IMG/VR virus record: IMGVR_UViG_3300020365_000024
Location: 1 to 49,182 of that record
From: a virus
Taxonomy: Duplodnaviria > Caudoviricetes
Reading direction: 5' to 3' (one strand)
DNA length: 49,182 nt
The translations under genes and the position numbers were made by a program. Shown piece by piece: positions 1-9,180 of the stretch; positions within the stretch are counted from its first letter, which is position 1, and each line of letters starts with the position of its first letter. The notes under the pieces are model-generated. The model saw nothing but the letters and a program-made list of their open reading frames with translations, searched no databases and was not told the origin of the DNA.

Positions 1-104
1 AGATCCTCAATCTGATCATCATCTACGTTAATCTCTAGGACGGGAAAACCTAATTTCCTTAAGCAGTAATCAATTAGCTCCTGGCGTGTTGAGGGTCGTG
101 CCAT
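1..104 (-). CDS. gp13: Neck protein gp13, N-terminal part (runs off the left edge)
   Basis: Manual translation from ATG at 104 gives MARPSTRQELIDYCLRKLGFPVLEINVDDDQIED, the typical T4-family gp13 N-terminus (L.DY.LR.LG.PV..INV...QI.D). Not in the ORF track. Confidence 0.93.
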   Translation of the reverse strand, partial: MARPSTRQELIDYCLRKLGFPVLEINVDDDQIED

Positions 105-108
105 GAAT

Positions 109-140
109 AAAAAAATACCCCTAGTTTCCTAGAGGTATTT
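109..140 (-). terminator. Intrinsic terminator upstream of gp13
   Basis: Minus-strand RNA AAAUACCUCUAG-GAAA-CUAGGGGUAUUU-UUUU: 12-bp stem, GNRA loop and U-tract. The single G-U wobble pairs only on this strand. Confidence 0.8.
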
Positions 141-143
141 ATA
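136..143 (-). promoter_or_regulatory. T4-type late promoter for gp13
   Basis: Exact TATAAATA on the minus strand (tatttata on +), 31 nt before the gp13 ATG. Confidence 0.85.
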
Positions 144-146
144 AAT

Positions 147-737
147 CTATCTTAAGTCAATATTGGGAAGAGAAGCATTGAATGAAATAACAATTTTTTC
201 ACCATCTTCTTCTTGGTATGGAGTTGCATGATGCAAATCACTATGAAACATATACAAAGAAGACTCTTCGCATTTTAAAGTAAATGTGGGACTTGAATAC
301 TCATTTGTAATTACTGCTTCAGCGTATGGAGATTTATTTGGGTCGTAGAAATGAATGACATTCTCTGGGACAGTCTTCACATAAAAAACTCCAGAAATAA
401 AACTACCAGGATGTACATGCGGAAAAAGATAATTACCTTTAGTTCCAATGTTAAACCACATCATATCTACATTGGTATTTTCAGCTAGTTTTTGTGAATA
501 ACCATACTCCAATAAAAATTTTTCAATATGATTGTTTATCTCATAAGTTAAATTTTTAAAGGGAGGTACTCTATGAAGAGTTCGTATTACTTCGTGACTT
601 GTTTTTACTCTGAAATATCCAGTTGTTTGGGTTCTTACTTCTAAATCTTTAATTTCTTTTTCAAATGTATTAAGGAGATCCTTGCATACATCTTTCGCTT
701 CGTATACAACTTTTGGTAAAATTTTATGAATGGTCAT
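147..737 (-). CDS. Putative 2OG-Fe(II) oxygenase (TIGR02466 / 2OG-FeII_Oxy_5-like)
   Basis: Motifs WFN...PHVHPGSFISGVFYV...FHSDLHH...KIVISFN match the HxH...H double-stranded beta-helix pattern common in cyanophages. Confidence 0.85.
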   Translation of the reverse strand: MTIHKILPKVVYEAKDVCKDLLNTFEKEIKDLEVRTQTTGYFRVKTSHEVIRTLHRVPPFKNLTYEINNHIEKFLLEYGYSQKLAENTNVDMMWFNIGTKGNYLFPHVHPGSFISGVFYVKTVPENVIHFYDPNKSPYAEAVITNEYSSPTFTLKCEESSLYMFHSDLHHATPYQEEDGEKIVISFNASLPNIDLR

Positions 738-752
738 GATATAAATTTAATT

Positions 753-1025
753 TCATTCAGATTCTACTACAAGTTTTTGTTGTGAGTCAACAACAACTTC
801 ATTTAAAAACCAATGTTTAACTGACTCAATTCTATCAAAAACTTTTGTCTGGTCTTGGAATTCACACCACCACATAAGTTTATCCACAGGAACTTCGGAT
901 TCTAAATCATCATGTAAATTGTCGTCGTCAATGAACGCCTCAATACACATGTGAATATCAGTTCCATGCTTCTTTTCAATTTCTTGGATTAGATCGTATA
1001 GCGGGATATCCGTAATAGTCTCCAT
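753..1025 (-). CDS. Hypothetical acidic protein (about 90 aa)
   Basis: ORF track 753..1052 begins at a GTG. The ATG at 1025 (METITDIPL...) is preferred because the extension overlaps the divergent promoter region. No family recognised. Confidence 0.65.
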   Translation of the reverse strand: METITDIPLYDLIQEIEKKHGTDIHMCIEAFIDDDNLHDDLESEVPVDKLMWWCEFQDQTKVFDRIESVKHWFLNEVVVDSQQKLVVESE

Positions 1026-1067
1026 TTTATAGCGCGATAAATAAATTGACACACAATATATATGCGG

Positions 1068-1096
1068 TTGACAGCATTATCATATTGAGTTAAACT
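1068..1096 (+). promoter_or_regulatory. Sigma70-type (early) promoter for the plus-strand island
   Basis: TTGACA (1068-1073), 17 nt, TAAACT (1091-1096), 23 nt before the ATG at 1120. A late-like GATAAATA lies at 1036-1043 on the same strand. Confidence 0.75.
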
Positions 1097-1119
1097 GTAG
1101 TTTATTAATTGAACAGAAA

Positions 1120-1569
1120 ATGAGCATCCAAATTTGTCTCCTCAGGTCAGGAGAAACAGTAATTGCAGATATTAAGGAAGCTTTAGATCCAGAAAAAAAT
1201 GAATCAGTAGGTTACTTTGTATCAAATCCTTTTATTATTGATCATAAGTATGAAACCGTAGTTGCTTTGGACGAAGAAGTAGTAGAGAATCCAGAAAATA
1301 AATCAAGTTTAGAATTCAAACGTTGGGGACCATTAGCAAAGCGTTATGAATTTAATTTTCCATCGGAATTTATTACAGTAATCTATGAACCAGCACCAAT
1401 TCTTTGTGAAACATATGTTTCATTGATCCAGCAATGGCAAGAAGATAATACTGTTTCGGTAGAATGTGATAAGAGTCAGACAAACGTTACTCTGATGTCT
1501 AAAGAAATGCAAGATCTTGCTGCATCTGACACATTTAATACCGTTGTTAATCAAGGAGATGACAATTGA
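1120..1569 (+). CDS. Conserved cyanophage-type hypothetical protein
   Basis: 149-aa ORF. Pattern LLRSGETVIADIKE...GY...PF...W.PL...F.....ITVIYEP resembles a widespread small T4-like cyanophage family. Confidence 0.75.
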   Translation: MSIQICLLRSGETVIADIKEALDPEKNESVGYFVSNPFIIDHKYETVVALDEEVVENPENKSSLEFKRWGPLAKRYEFNFPSEFITVIYEPAPILCETYVSLIQQWQEDNTVSVECDKSQTNVTLMSKEMQDLAASDTFNTVVNQGDDN

Positions 1570-2384
1570 TGTATACTGATAAACTTGGAGTTTTTGATTT
1601 TGTCCAATCTCAAAAAATTAATCCTGACTGCGAAATTCAAGATTTTAACGAATATATTATTGTAGATAATTTTTTTGAGAATGTTGATGAAAGTGTAAAT
1701 CAATTTTTAAAGTATCCTGTTGATATGGGAGAAGACCTATATCAAAAACTATTTGCTACTGGTGCAAAAGAATGGGATCAGCCAAAATTGCCTGGTTTTT
1801 CTCAACCATTGCCCGTTCTACTTTTTGAAAAAGTTATTTTTGAAATTTATAAATTCCTAATTGATTGTGAGTTCTTGCCCCAAAGAGCAAATGAGAATTT
1901 AATGAATCCCATGTTTGCTTCTCAACTGACATCAATGTCAATGGCTCATGGATCCGTATTTCATCCGAATATGGTTATTAACAAGAATGCCAATAATCCA
2001 TCACCAGCAATGGGTGAATATTGGGCTACTATATTTTTTGATGATTCAACTGAAGATAATAAACATGGTGTAAGTCTGTATGATTTTGTTTATAATAACA
2101 AAAGATATAGTTGCCTTGATGATATTACTTTAGAAACAGATAGGAAATTACTCTCAGAGATGGGTGATTTCTTGAACATCAAAAATGGTATTACTAAAGA
2201 ATTGGTTGAATTTACTCCATTTGAATCAAATAGTTTCTTTGATGAGACGAGATTTATTCCTGCAAAAAAGAATAGATTAGTTATTACTCGGGGCGGTAAT
2301 TGGATTAACCAAACATATAAAGGAAATGAAGAAACATATCAACTAATATTCTCCTTCAATGAACCTAAAAATACAGGAAAATAA
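1566..2384 (+). CDS. DUF6445-like (2OG-Fe(II) oxygenase fold) protein, metal ligands apparently lost
   Basis: IIVDNFFEN...PG...TIFF...GVSLY...IPAKKNRLVI layout parallels the next gene. No HxD and no distal His. Confidence 0.6.
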   Translation: MMYTDKLGVFDFVQSQKINPDCEIQDFNEYIIVDNFFENVDESVNQFLKYPVDMGEDLYQKLFATGAKEWDQPKLPGFSQPLPVLLFEKVIFEIYKFLIDCEFLPQRANENLMNPMFASQLTSMSMAHGSVFHPNMVINKNANNPSPAMGEYWATIFFDDSTEDNKHGVSLYDFVYNNKRYSCLDDITLETDRKLLSEMGDFLNIKNGITKELVEFTPFESNSFFDETRFIPAKKNRLVITRGGNWINQTYKGNEETYQLIFSFNEPKNTGK

Positions 2385-2389
2385 CAATA

Positions 2390-3163
2390 ATGAGTAAAAT
2401 TTCTTTAGATGTATTTCACCGTTACACAGCGTCACAATTAGATGCTATATGCGAATTTAATCCAGCAATGGATATTGAGTATGGAGAAGCAGAAGGAACA
2501 AAATATATTACTATTAGAGATGTTTTATTAAGACCAGATGATTTTAGAGAGTTTATTTCTAAATTTCCTTGTGAAGATAGAAATATTTCTATTGAACAAG
2601 ATAATAATACTCACATATCAAGTAAAGCTCCTGGGTTTCAGCAACCGATAGATAAAACATACTTTCCCATAATGGGACAAAATCTTTATACTATAGGAAG
2701 AAATCATAATTTATTTAAATATAGGCAAGAGGATGCAAAATTTGAATATTATACAAATTGTTGCTATCCTGGAATGAAAGCATATAATAAAAATTATTTA
2801 CCTCATGTTGATCCTTTTTCTATAGCTTCAAATATCTATTTGACTGATGTTCCAAATTCAGGAACTTCTTTCTTTAAATTTATGAGTCCAAGTGGCAAAG
2901 AATATTATTCGGTTTCTGAGTTAGTTAGAGATAAAGAAAAAGGATTTGCAACATATAAACGAGGTCTTGAAAAATATGATTTAAATAGTGGATGGAGTGA
3001 GTGGAAATATTATACTGGCGATCATTTTTATCAAAGGTATCACTATATTCCAGGAGAATATAATTCATGCTCTATGTATAGGGGCAATAGATGGCACTCA
3101 ATTACATATGATAGTGTTAATAGTACTGATGTAAGATATTCAATTGTTGGTGTGCTTGTATAA
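2390..3163 (+). CDS. DUF6445-like 2OG-Fe(II) oxygenase
   Basis: LPHVD...NIYL...SGTSFF...YN...YRGNRWHS...R gives HxD, distal His and 2OG-binding Arg. Confidence 0.75.
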   Translation: MSKISLDVFHRYTASQLDAICEFNPAMDIEYGEAEGTKYITIRDVLLRPDDFREFISKFPCEDRNISIEQDNNTHISSKAPGFQQPIDKTYFPIMGQNLYTIGRNHNLFKYRQEDAKFEYYTNCCYPGMKAYNKNYLPHVDPFSIASNIYLTDVPNSGTSFFKFMSPSGKEYYSVSELVRDKEKGFATYKRGLEKYDLNSGWSEWKYYTGDHFYQRYHYIPGEYNSCSMYRGNRWHSITYDSVNSTDVRYSIVGVLV

Positions 3164-3164
3164 T

Positions 3165-3195
3165 AAAAAGGGGGGTCCTAGGACCCCCCTTCTTT
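3165..3195. terminator. Bidirectional intrinsic terminator between convergent genes
   Basis: Perfect 24-nt palindrome AAGGGGGGTCCTAGGACCCCCCTT (3168-3191), with an A-run on the left and a T-rich tail on the right. Confidence 0.9.
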
Positions 3196-3213
3196 GTGTT
3201 TGATTATATGATC

Positions 3214-3510
3214 TTAGAGATCATTAGGTTTAGGAACTTTATATTGCGATGTAGCATATTTGTCCCAAACATTATTAATTCTATCTAATGCAGTTCTATC
3301 AACTTTTCCTGGTTCTGGAGCAGGACCAAGAACATCAAATCTAAGTGATGAATATACTTTAAGGGCATCATTCATTTTTTCTTGCCCTGAATCAAATGCA
3401 TCAGTACCTTCTTCCTCGCGACTCCAGTCCCAATTAACTAATTTTAATTTGGTTTCGAGATCAGCGAGGGTATATGTACCTGCTTCTGGTGTAACTTCGT
3501 AATGTGACAT
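3214..3510 (-). CDS. Hypothetical protein (98 aa)
   Basis: ORF with a strong GGAGGA RBS upstream; last gene before the bidirectional terminator. Confidence 0.75.
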   Translation of the reverse strand: MSHYEVTPEAGTYTLADLETKLKLVNWDWSREEEGTDAFDSGQEKMNDALKVYSSLRFDVLGPAPEPGKVDRTALDRINNVWDKYATSQYKVPKPNDL

Positions 3511-3531
3511 TTGTAATAAATCCTCCGTAAA

Positions 3532-6500
3532 TTATGCTTGTGATTCTTTCCAGGTTACCCTAGCAGAAACAGAATATGGGTTATTTGTGCTAACATCTGA
3601 AGAGTCAACGATATTTGCGATGACTGTCAGAATGTCAGGACCGTTCGGGAATACTCCGTCACCGCCCAAGATTGAGTTGCCAAGGTCAGAGATCTCTGAA
3701 AGATCATAGTCAGTTGCTTGTGTCTGACCATTACCAGCACCAGATGCTCTGAATGAGAGAATAGTTGATCCACCCGCAACAATGTCAGAAGATGAGTGTC
3801 TTACAAGTTGACAGAGCGAAGGTTCTTGGACGTTCTGATATGCGTCAGTACCCAATTGAGCATTCAGAATCAAACTAATCTCTGTTTCGTGTGTAGTAAG
3901 AATACCAACGGAGTCAAGAGCTAACTGCATTCGGTTGATAATCTCACGTTCGCCAAGTGCTCCCGTGATTGATGAGTCAACAGATGGTGCGAGTCTAATT
4001 GAAATAAGTGGAATGTCAGTAGGAATAACGTTATCAACACCAACTGGAGCACCTGAACCGAATGTAGTTGAGTTAGGAACTGCAGGGTTACCGATCTGAC
4101 TGTAGATTCTACTATAATAGTTTCTTGGGAACAGATCGTTAGATCCCTCTACATACGCGATGTAAACAAAATAGGTACTACCAGAGATTCTTGACTTAGG
4201 ATCAATAGATCTGCCATTTTCAAAGTAACCGTTAGCAACAGATGAGTTGTAAATGACAGTGTTAGATGCAAGAGAACTTGCATTGCCAGAAGAGAATGGA
4301 ATCTTGAGGAAGTATCTTCTAGTATACCAGTTTACATACTGCTCTTCAATAGAAGAGTTGCTGTTTGTTGAAACACTGGTGGACGTTGCATTAGTATACT
4401 TCTGAACGTTACCTGATGCCGTGAACAAGTATGCTTCGTCATCCTGATACATACCATCCATAATAACTGAAGTACCCCAGTGGAACAGAGTTCCAACATA
4501 ACTTGGAGCAACTCCATTTTCAATTTCATAACGTGCAGGCAGGTTACCTGAACGGAAGTAAGATTCGGTCAAACGGTTGTTGTGCTTGAATTCGTGGACG
4601 TACTTGACATGACCGTTCTGATCCTTGAATCCGAAGCGGATCTTACCAGCACCATACCAGGAGTAATCCATGTAGCACATCTGGATCTTGGAAATATCGA
4701 GGCTATAACCAGATGGACCAGTACCATCTGCTCTATCAATATTCCAATTTGATTGACCAACGCGAGTATCAACTGTCTTAGTGCAGATGACATTAGTAGC
4801 ATCAATTCCTCTATATGCAGGTTGAATTGTTAACTGGCTATTACTGGTTACTTTAACAACTCTGTATGACATACCACGAATAACAATATGATCACCGTGA
4901 GCAAGTTCAGTAGTAAACTTAGTTTCAGTACCAGTTACAATGTTACTTCCTTTAGTAACAGTAATTGTTCCAGGAAGTTGAAGAACAGAACTTCTTCTTA
5001 CACAGTTGAGGGTGTTTCCATCAAACTCATAGAAGAAACCATTTTGCTCATCAAACATACCTGCGCGAATATCACATTCAGTCCAAGAAAGAACTTGTAC
5101 TTTAGGGAATCCACCAGAAGAACTATTGTTGGGAGTCTGATCAAGGATGTACTTAAAGTTAAACTCATCAATAAGATCACAGACATATGAAGTATGGTTG
5201 AATTCAGTTTGGTCTGAGTCAACAATCTTAACTTGAAGATCCAGACTTAAATTATGTGGTTTAGATGTTTTTACAACACCCTTCTCAATTTGATGGAATG
5301 TAATCGGATCATTAACAGCACTGGTAAGAAGTTTATCGAGTTTAACTACCGTTGCACTAACAATCTTCTTAACTCTTGTTCCATCTGGAACGCCTTGACC
5401 ACTTACGGGCATACTAACAAGAATGCCACTGGTATCTGCTACGGTAAGATCTGCATCACCCAATGAACCAGTTGCGGTAAGAGTTTGAGCAGTTCCTACT
5501 GCTTCATATTGAAGGTCAAGAACTGGAATCAGAGGAATAAAGTTGATTGCGTATGAAGTCTGGATACCTTTACCTGACTGATAACGGAAGTACTTACGAG
5601 TCTGTCTAGAAATTCTAGAGTTAGGTGACTTAGAAGTACCGATTTCCATACCACCATCAAATGGTCTGTGGAGATAGAATCCATCAGGACGTACATAGAT
5701 GTAGGAAGGAATCAGATAAACAATACTAGAACCAGTGAAATTGAATTCACTATCTACAAGAAGATTATCATCATCAGTGATAGCAGTAATTGTTTTCTCA
5801 ACAATAGTACCAGGAGTTCCTGGATTGACAACTTTTAATTTATCTCCAATCTTAAAGAATCTCTGGAATGCAGCGGTTGATCCCTCAACAGCTCTTGAAC
5901 CACTAGTAATTGTTAATGTGCCAGGACCAGTGACCTCACCAGACAAGTTGCTGCTATAGAAAGACTGAACTCCTGCACCAGCAGTAATTGCAATTCCAGT
6001 ACCAGCTTGAGCATCTGATTCAGAAGCACAAACTTTGAAGTAGTTGTTGTCAACAATAGAGATCCAGTAATCAGCACCATCAGTAAGACCATTAACCACT
6101 GTTCCGCCTTTGGCGTCATAGATTACTCTAGTTCCAGTTCCAAAGAAGTGATTGTCGATGTTGATGAGATTAGCACTAACATCATTGGCAGCATTGAAAC
6201 TCTTTGTTGAAGGAGGAACTTTGAATGGAACCGTTACTTCAAGTTCAGTCTCACTGATCGCTTCGGTTGTGGTATAAGAACCATCAACTACACCAAAGGC
6301 AGCAGTAGTATTTTCAAATGACTGAATACCTGAACCCTGAGAAGTAATTGTAATAGCTGAACCACCCTGTGAAGAAGACAGAGTGAATCTATCTCCATTG
6401 ACTGCAGTTACATAATAAGAATTACCACTGGTTAGACCACCAAGTTCTGTTCCTTCTGTTTCATACTTGAGAAGTTCTCCATTAGAGAACTGGTTGCTTG

Positions 6501-9144
6501 CAATATAAATGGAGTTTCTAAGTGGGTTAACCTGAATTGCAGTAAAGGTTTGCGTTCCAGTTGCACCAGCAAGTCTCAGCGGAGAAGCACCCGTGCTTGA
6601 TTTAATTCTGAAACGGTTGGCATCAATTCTATCAATGTACCAAGTACCACTACTAGTACTGGTTCTATTACCATGAACATCATAGTAGTAGTAAATATTA
6701 CCAGTGCTTGATAGAGTCGCACTATCATTGGTCGAGAAACCGTGATTTGCTGCATAGAAACTATCATTAGTAGATGTATTTCTCTTCAGAAGAGCAATAT
6801 AGACGTTAGTATTGCCATCAGAATTAACACTGTTGAAGTAGTGGTTAATATCACTATAGTAATAACCCTGAAGATACCAGAAGTAAGATTCAGTACCATA
6901 AACGTTTAAGTATCCAGTTCCATTCCAGCTGGTTGCATAGAAACTTCCCGTCCAATAAGATCTCGCGTTGCGTCCTTGATAACCACCTACGGTATAACCA
7001 TAACTATAACCACCATTGTTCTGACCGTTAACACCATAGTTTTCATAGTCGGTAATGAAGTCATATGTACCCTGCCAACGGGAATTTCCTAATGGAAGTC
7101 CCTGTCTGTGGTAACCATAAGTTCTCCACGATGTGCTGAAGGCAAATCTCCAAGCATAGTTGTAATAAAATTCTTGTGAACCACCATATCCAGAACGATT
7201 AGTGGAGAAGCAGGCTGTAAGATCCCATGGTTGACCACCTAAACCAAAAGTGCTGTTAATATTTCTGATATCATAACCAGAGTAATCACCACCCCAGTTC
7301 CAAGCATATGTGTACCAGTACATGTAGTGGTCACCATAAGACTTATATTCTCTATAAATGTTATAGACAAGACCAAGACTGTGACTACCATAATCAAATG
7401 ATCCGCCAGCGGAAAGATTAAGACGATAGTTTAATCTTTGAGAATTGTTTAAATAGAATCTATTGCTGTCAATACGCTCACAATAGTAAACCTGCATTCT
7501 TTCCAAACCGCCGAGTGGCGTATCACCAGGAGAAGGATAATAAAGCATGGCAGCACGATTGTGGAACCCATGATTATTAATTGTAATAATATCACTGCCG
7601 TAATTTACGTCACTGGCGTCAAAACGTTTGGTGAAAGTTGACTCGTAATTATATGGATTTGTTCGAGTTGGGTCATTTTGAACATTGACACTAGTTTGTT
7701 GTAAAGTGTCAACGAAGTCATTGCCATCAGGAGCAACAGCCGTTGGATCAACAACATCAAGGATTTTTGGTGATACTGTATTTACAAAATAGAAATTAGT
7801 ATTATCAGCAAATCCATGTTCTGATGCAGTAGTCAAAAGAACTTTTGATTGAGTTGCGAAATCAACAGTAAAAGTTCCTCCCATTCCAGCATGGTTGGAA
7901 CAATAGTATGATAAAGATGATCCAGTTGGATCAGTATTTGTCAGATAAATTCTAACATATGCTCCTGCTGTTCCTTCTGTTCCACTACGATACACATAAG
8001 TACTGTATTCAGAACCACCACCATGAGTACCATCAGCGGTTGTAGAGAATGTGAATGGATGACCTGAGTTAGAAGCATCAGATACATCAAAGATATATAC
8101 TGCCTTTCTGTTAAGGTCGTAACCTGGATCTAAGAGTCCACCAATAAAGTATCTGTTTTGTGGGTTAGAAATACCACTGCTGGCAATCTCATATGTTCCA
8201 GCAGCACCAATAATTGTTAACGTGTCTGCATCTGCAAAAGTTCCGTTGTCAATATCAACAATCAGAATTGTATTTGCAGTAGTACCGACGATAGTTGCGT
8301 TGGCAGTTCCATTACTAATAGATGATCCAATGATGACATCCGATGCAACTGTAGTGGTAACAGTAAGGGTGGTTACACCTTTAACAGTTACTGCCTTTGT
8401 AGTAAAGTCAGCAGTAATTCCTCTGGTTGGAGAAAGATTTACTTGTGAACCTTGGAAAAACTTACCTGGAATAATGGAAGTATAAGTTCCTTGAAGTTCA
8501 TTAGTAGCAGTCTGATTAGATCTTGCTTTATATGTAAATGTAGTTGTGCTAGGAACTGACTGAATCAGATAAGCACCTTCAGCAGTGAGTGAAGAAAGAC
8601 CCGTTACAGTAATAGGCACACCAACTTGTAAGTTGTGGTCATACTGTGTAGTAACAGTAATGATTTCACTTCCAACGGTAGATTCTACCTTAGTAATGTA
8701 GGGAATTGTGGTATCAGCAGTAGACGCATAGAACGAAGGAATATTATTAATAGTCTGTAAAGTTTCCCACTTAGAAGACTGAGGACCGTACTCAAAGTCG
8801 GTGTCAATCAGGTTTTCTGGGTTTGAAACTCTGAACTTAGATACAGCATCAACATAAGTCTCTGAAGGCTCAATATTGATATAATCTTTCTCATAAAAAA
8901 TCTGCAACTCGTCATTTTCTGACATTGCATTTGTATTCTTCGTCAATACAAATGTAGTCTCATCTGCAGCTGCATCATATGATCTAGATGTAAGACCTAA
9001 GAATGCGTCTGAGAACGTATAAATTGTCTCATTTGCAGTTACGTTTGTAATTAGAAGCAATCTCTTGCTTGCGATATTACCCTTTACCTTAATAGTATTA
9101 GTTGAAGGTGTGAAGGTGTAATAATGTACTAATTTTTTTGCCAT
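3532..9144 (-). CDS. Large multidomain virion structural / putative receptor-binding protein (1870 aa) with a cupredoxin-like insert
   Basis: N-terminal YTFTPS...RLLLITNVT...IY.F, then DAVSKFRVSNPENLIDTDFEYGPQ..KWE and RQTRKYFRYQSGKG / MDYSWYGAG.IRFG lectin-like core motifs of cyanophage virion proteins, plus repeated HG[FL]..GD/N beta modules. Confidence 0.8.
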   Translation of the reverse strand: MAKKLVHYYTFTPSTNTIKVKGNIASKRLLLITNVTANETIYTFSDAFLGLTSRSYDAAADETTFVLTKNTNAMSENDELQIFYEKDYINIEPSETYVDAVSKFRVSNPENLIDTDFEYGPQSSKWETLQTINNIPSFYASTADTTIPYITKVESTVGSEIITVTTQYDHNLQVGVPITVTGLSSLTAEGAYLIQSVPSTTTFTYKARSNQTATNELQGTYTSIIPGKFFQGSQVNLSPTRGITADFTTKAVTVKGVTTLTVTTTVASDVIIGSSISNGTANATIVGTTANTILIVDIDNGTFADADTLTIIGAAGTYEIASSGISNPQNRYFIGGLLDPGYDLNRKAVYIFDVSDASNSGHPFTFSTTADGTHGGGSEYSTYVYRSGTEGTAGAYVRIYLTNTDPTGSSLSYYCSNHAGMGGTFTVDFATQSKVLLTTASEHGFADNTNFYFVNTVSPKILDVVDPTAVAPDGNDFVDTLQQTSVNVQNDPTRTNPYNYESTFTKRFDASDVNYGSDIITINNHGFHNRAAMLYYPSPGDTPLGGLERMQVYYCERIDSNRFYLNNSQRLNYRLNLSAGGSFDYGSHSLGLVYNIYREYKSYGDHYMYWYTYAWNWGGDYSGYDIRNINSTFGLGGQPWDLTACFSTNRSGYGGSQEFYYNYAWRFAFSTSWRTYGYHRQGLPLGNSRWQGTYDFITDYENYGVNGQNNGGYSYGYTVGGYQGRNARSYWTGSFYATSWNGTGYLNVYGTESYFWYLQGYYYSDINHYFNSVNSDGNTNVYIALLKRNTSTNDSFYAANHGFSTNDSATLSSTGNIYYYYDVHGNRTSTSSGTWYIDRIDANRFRIKSSTGASPLRLAGATGTQTFTAIQVNPLRNSIYIASNQFSNGELLKYETEGTELGGLTSGNSYYVTAVNGDRFTLSSSQGGSAITITSQGSGIQSFENTTAAFGVVDGSYTTTEAISETELEVTVPFKVPPSTKSFNAANDVSANLINIDNHFFGTGTRVIYDAKGGTVVNGLTDGADYWISIVDNNYFKVCASESDAQAGTGIAITAGAGVQSFYSSNLSGEVTGPGTLTITSGSRAVEGSTAAFQRFFKIGDKLKVVNPGTPGTIVEKTITAITDDDNLLVDSEFNFTGSSIVYLIPSYIYVRPDGFYLHRPFDGGMEIGTSKSPNSRISRQTRKYFRYQSGKGIQTSYAINFIPLIPVLDLQYEAVGTAQTLTATGSLGDADLTVADTSGILVSMPVSGQGVPDGTRVKKIVSATVVKLDKLLTSAVNDPITFHQIEKGVVKTSKPHNLSLDLQVKIVDSDQTEFNHTSYVCDLIDEFNFKYILDQTPNNSSSGGFPKVQVLSWTECDIRAGMFDEQNGFFYEFDGNTLNCVRRSSVLQLPGTITVTKGSNIVTGTETKFTTELAHGDHIVIRGMSYRVVKVTSNSQLTIQPAYRGIDATNVICTKTVDTRVGQSNWNIDRADGTGPSGYSLDISKIQMCYMDYSWYGAGKIRFGFKDQNGHVKYVHEFKHNNRLTESYFRSGNLPARYEIENGVAPSYVGTLFHWGTSVIMDGMYQDDEAYLFTASGNVQKYTNATSTSVSTNSNSSIEEQYVNWYTRRYFLKIPFSSGNASSLASNTVIYNSSVANGYFENGRSIDPKSRISGSTYFVYIAYVEGSNDLFPRNYYSRIYSQIGNPAVPNSTTFGSGAPVGVDNVIPTDIPLISIRLAPSVDSSITGALGEREIINRMQLALDSVGILTTHETEISLILNAQLGTDAYQNVQEPSLCQLVRHSSSDIVAGGSTILSFRASGAGNGQTQATDYDLSEISDLGNSILGGDGVFPNGPDILTVIANIVDSSDVSTNNPYSVSARVTWKESQA

Positions 9145-9180
9145 TTGTTAATTTCCTACGTTTATATGTGGTTTACAGAA

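Noticed and set aside
1026-1052. GTG-initiated 9-residue extension of the 753 ORF
   Set aside because: It overlaps the divergent promoter elements, and the ATG at 1025 is more plausible. Not proven.
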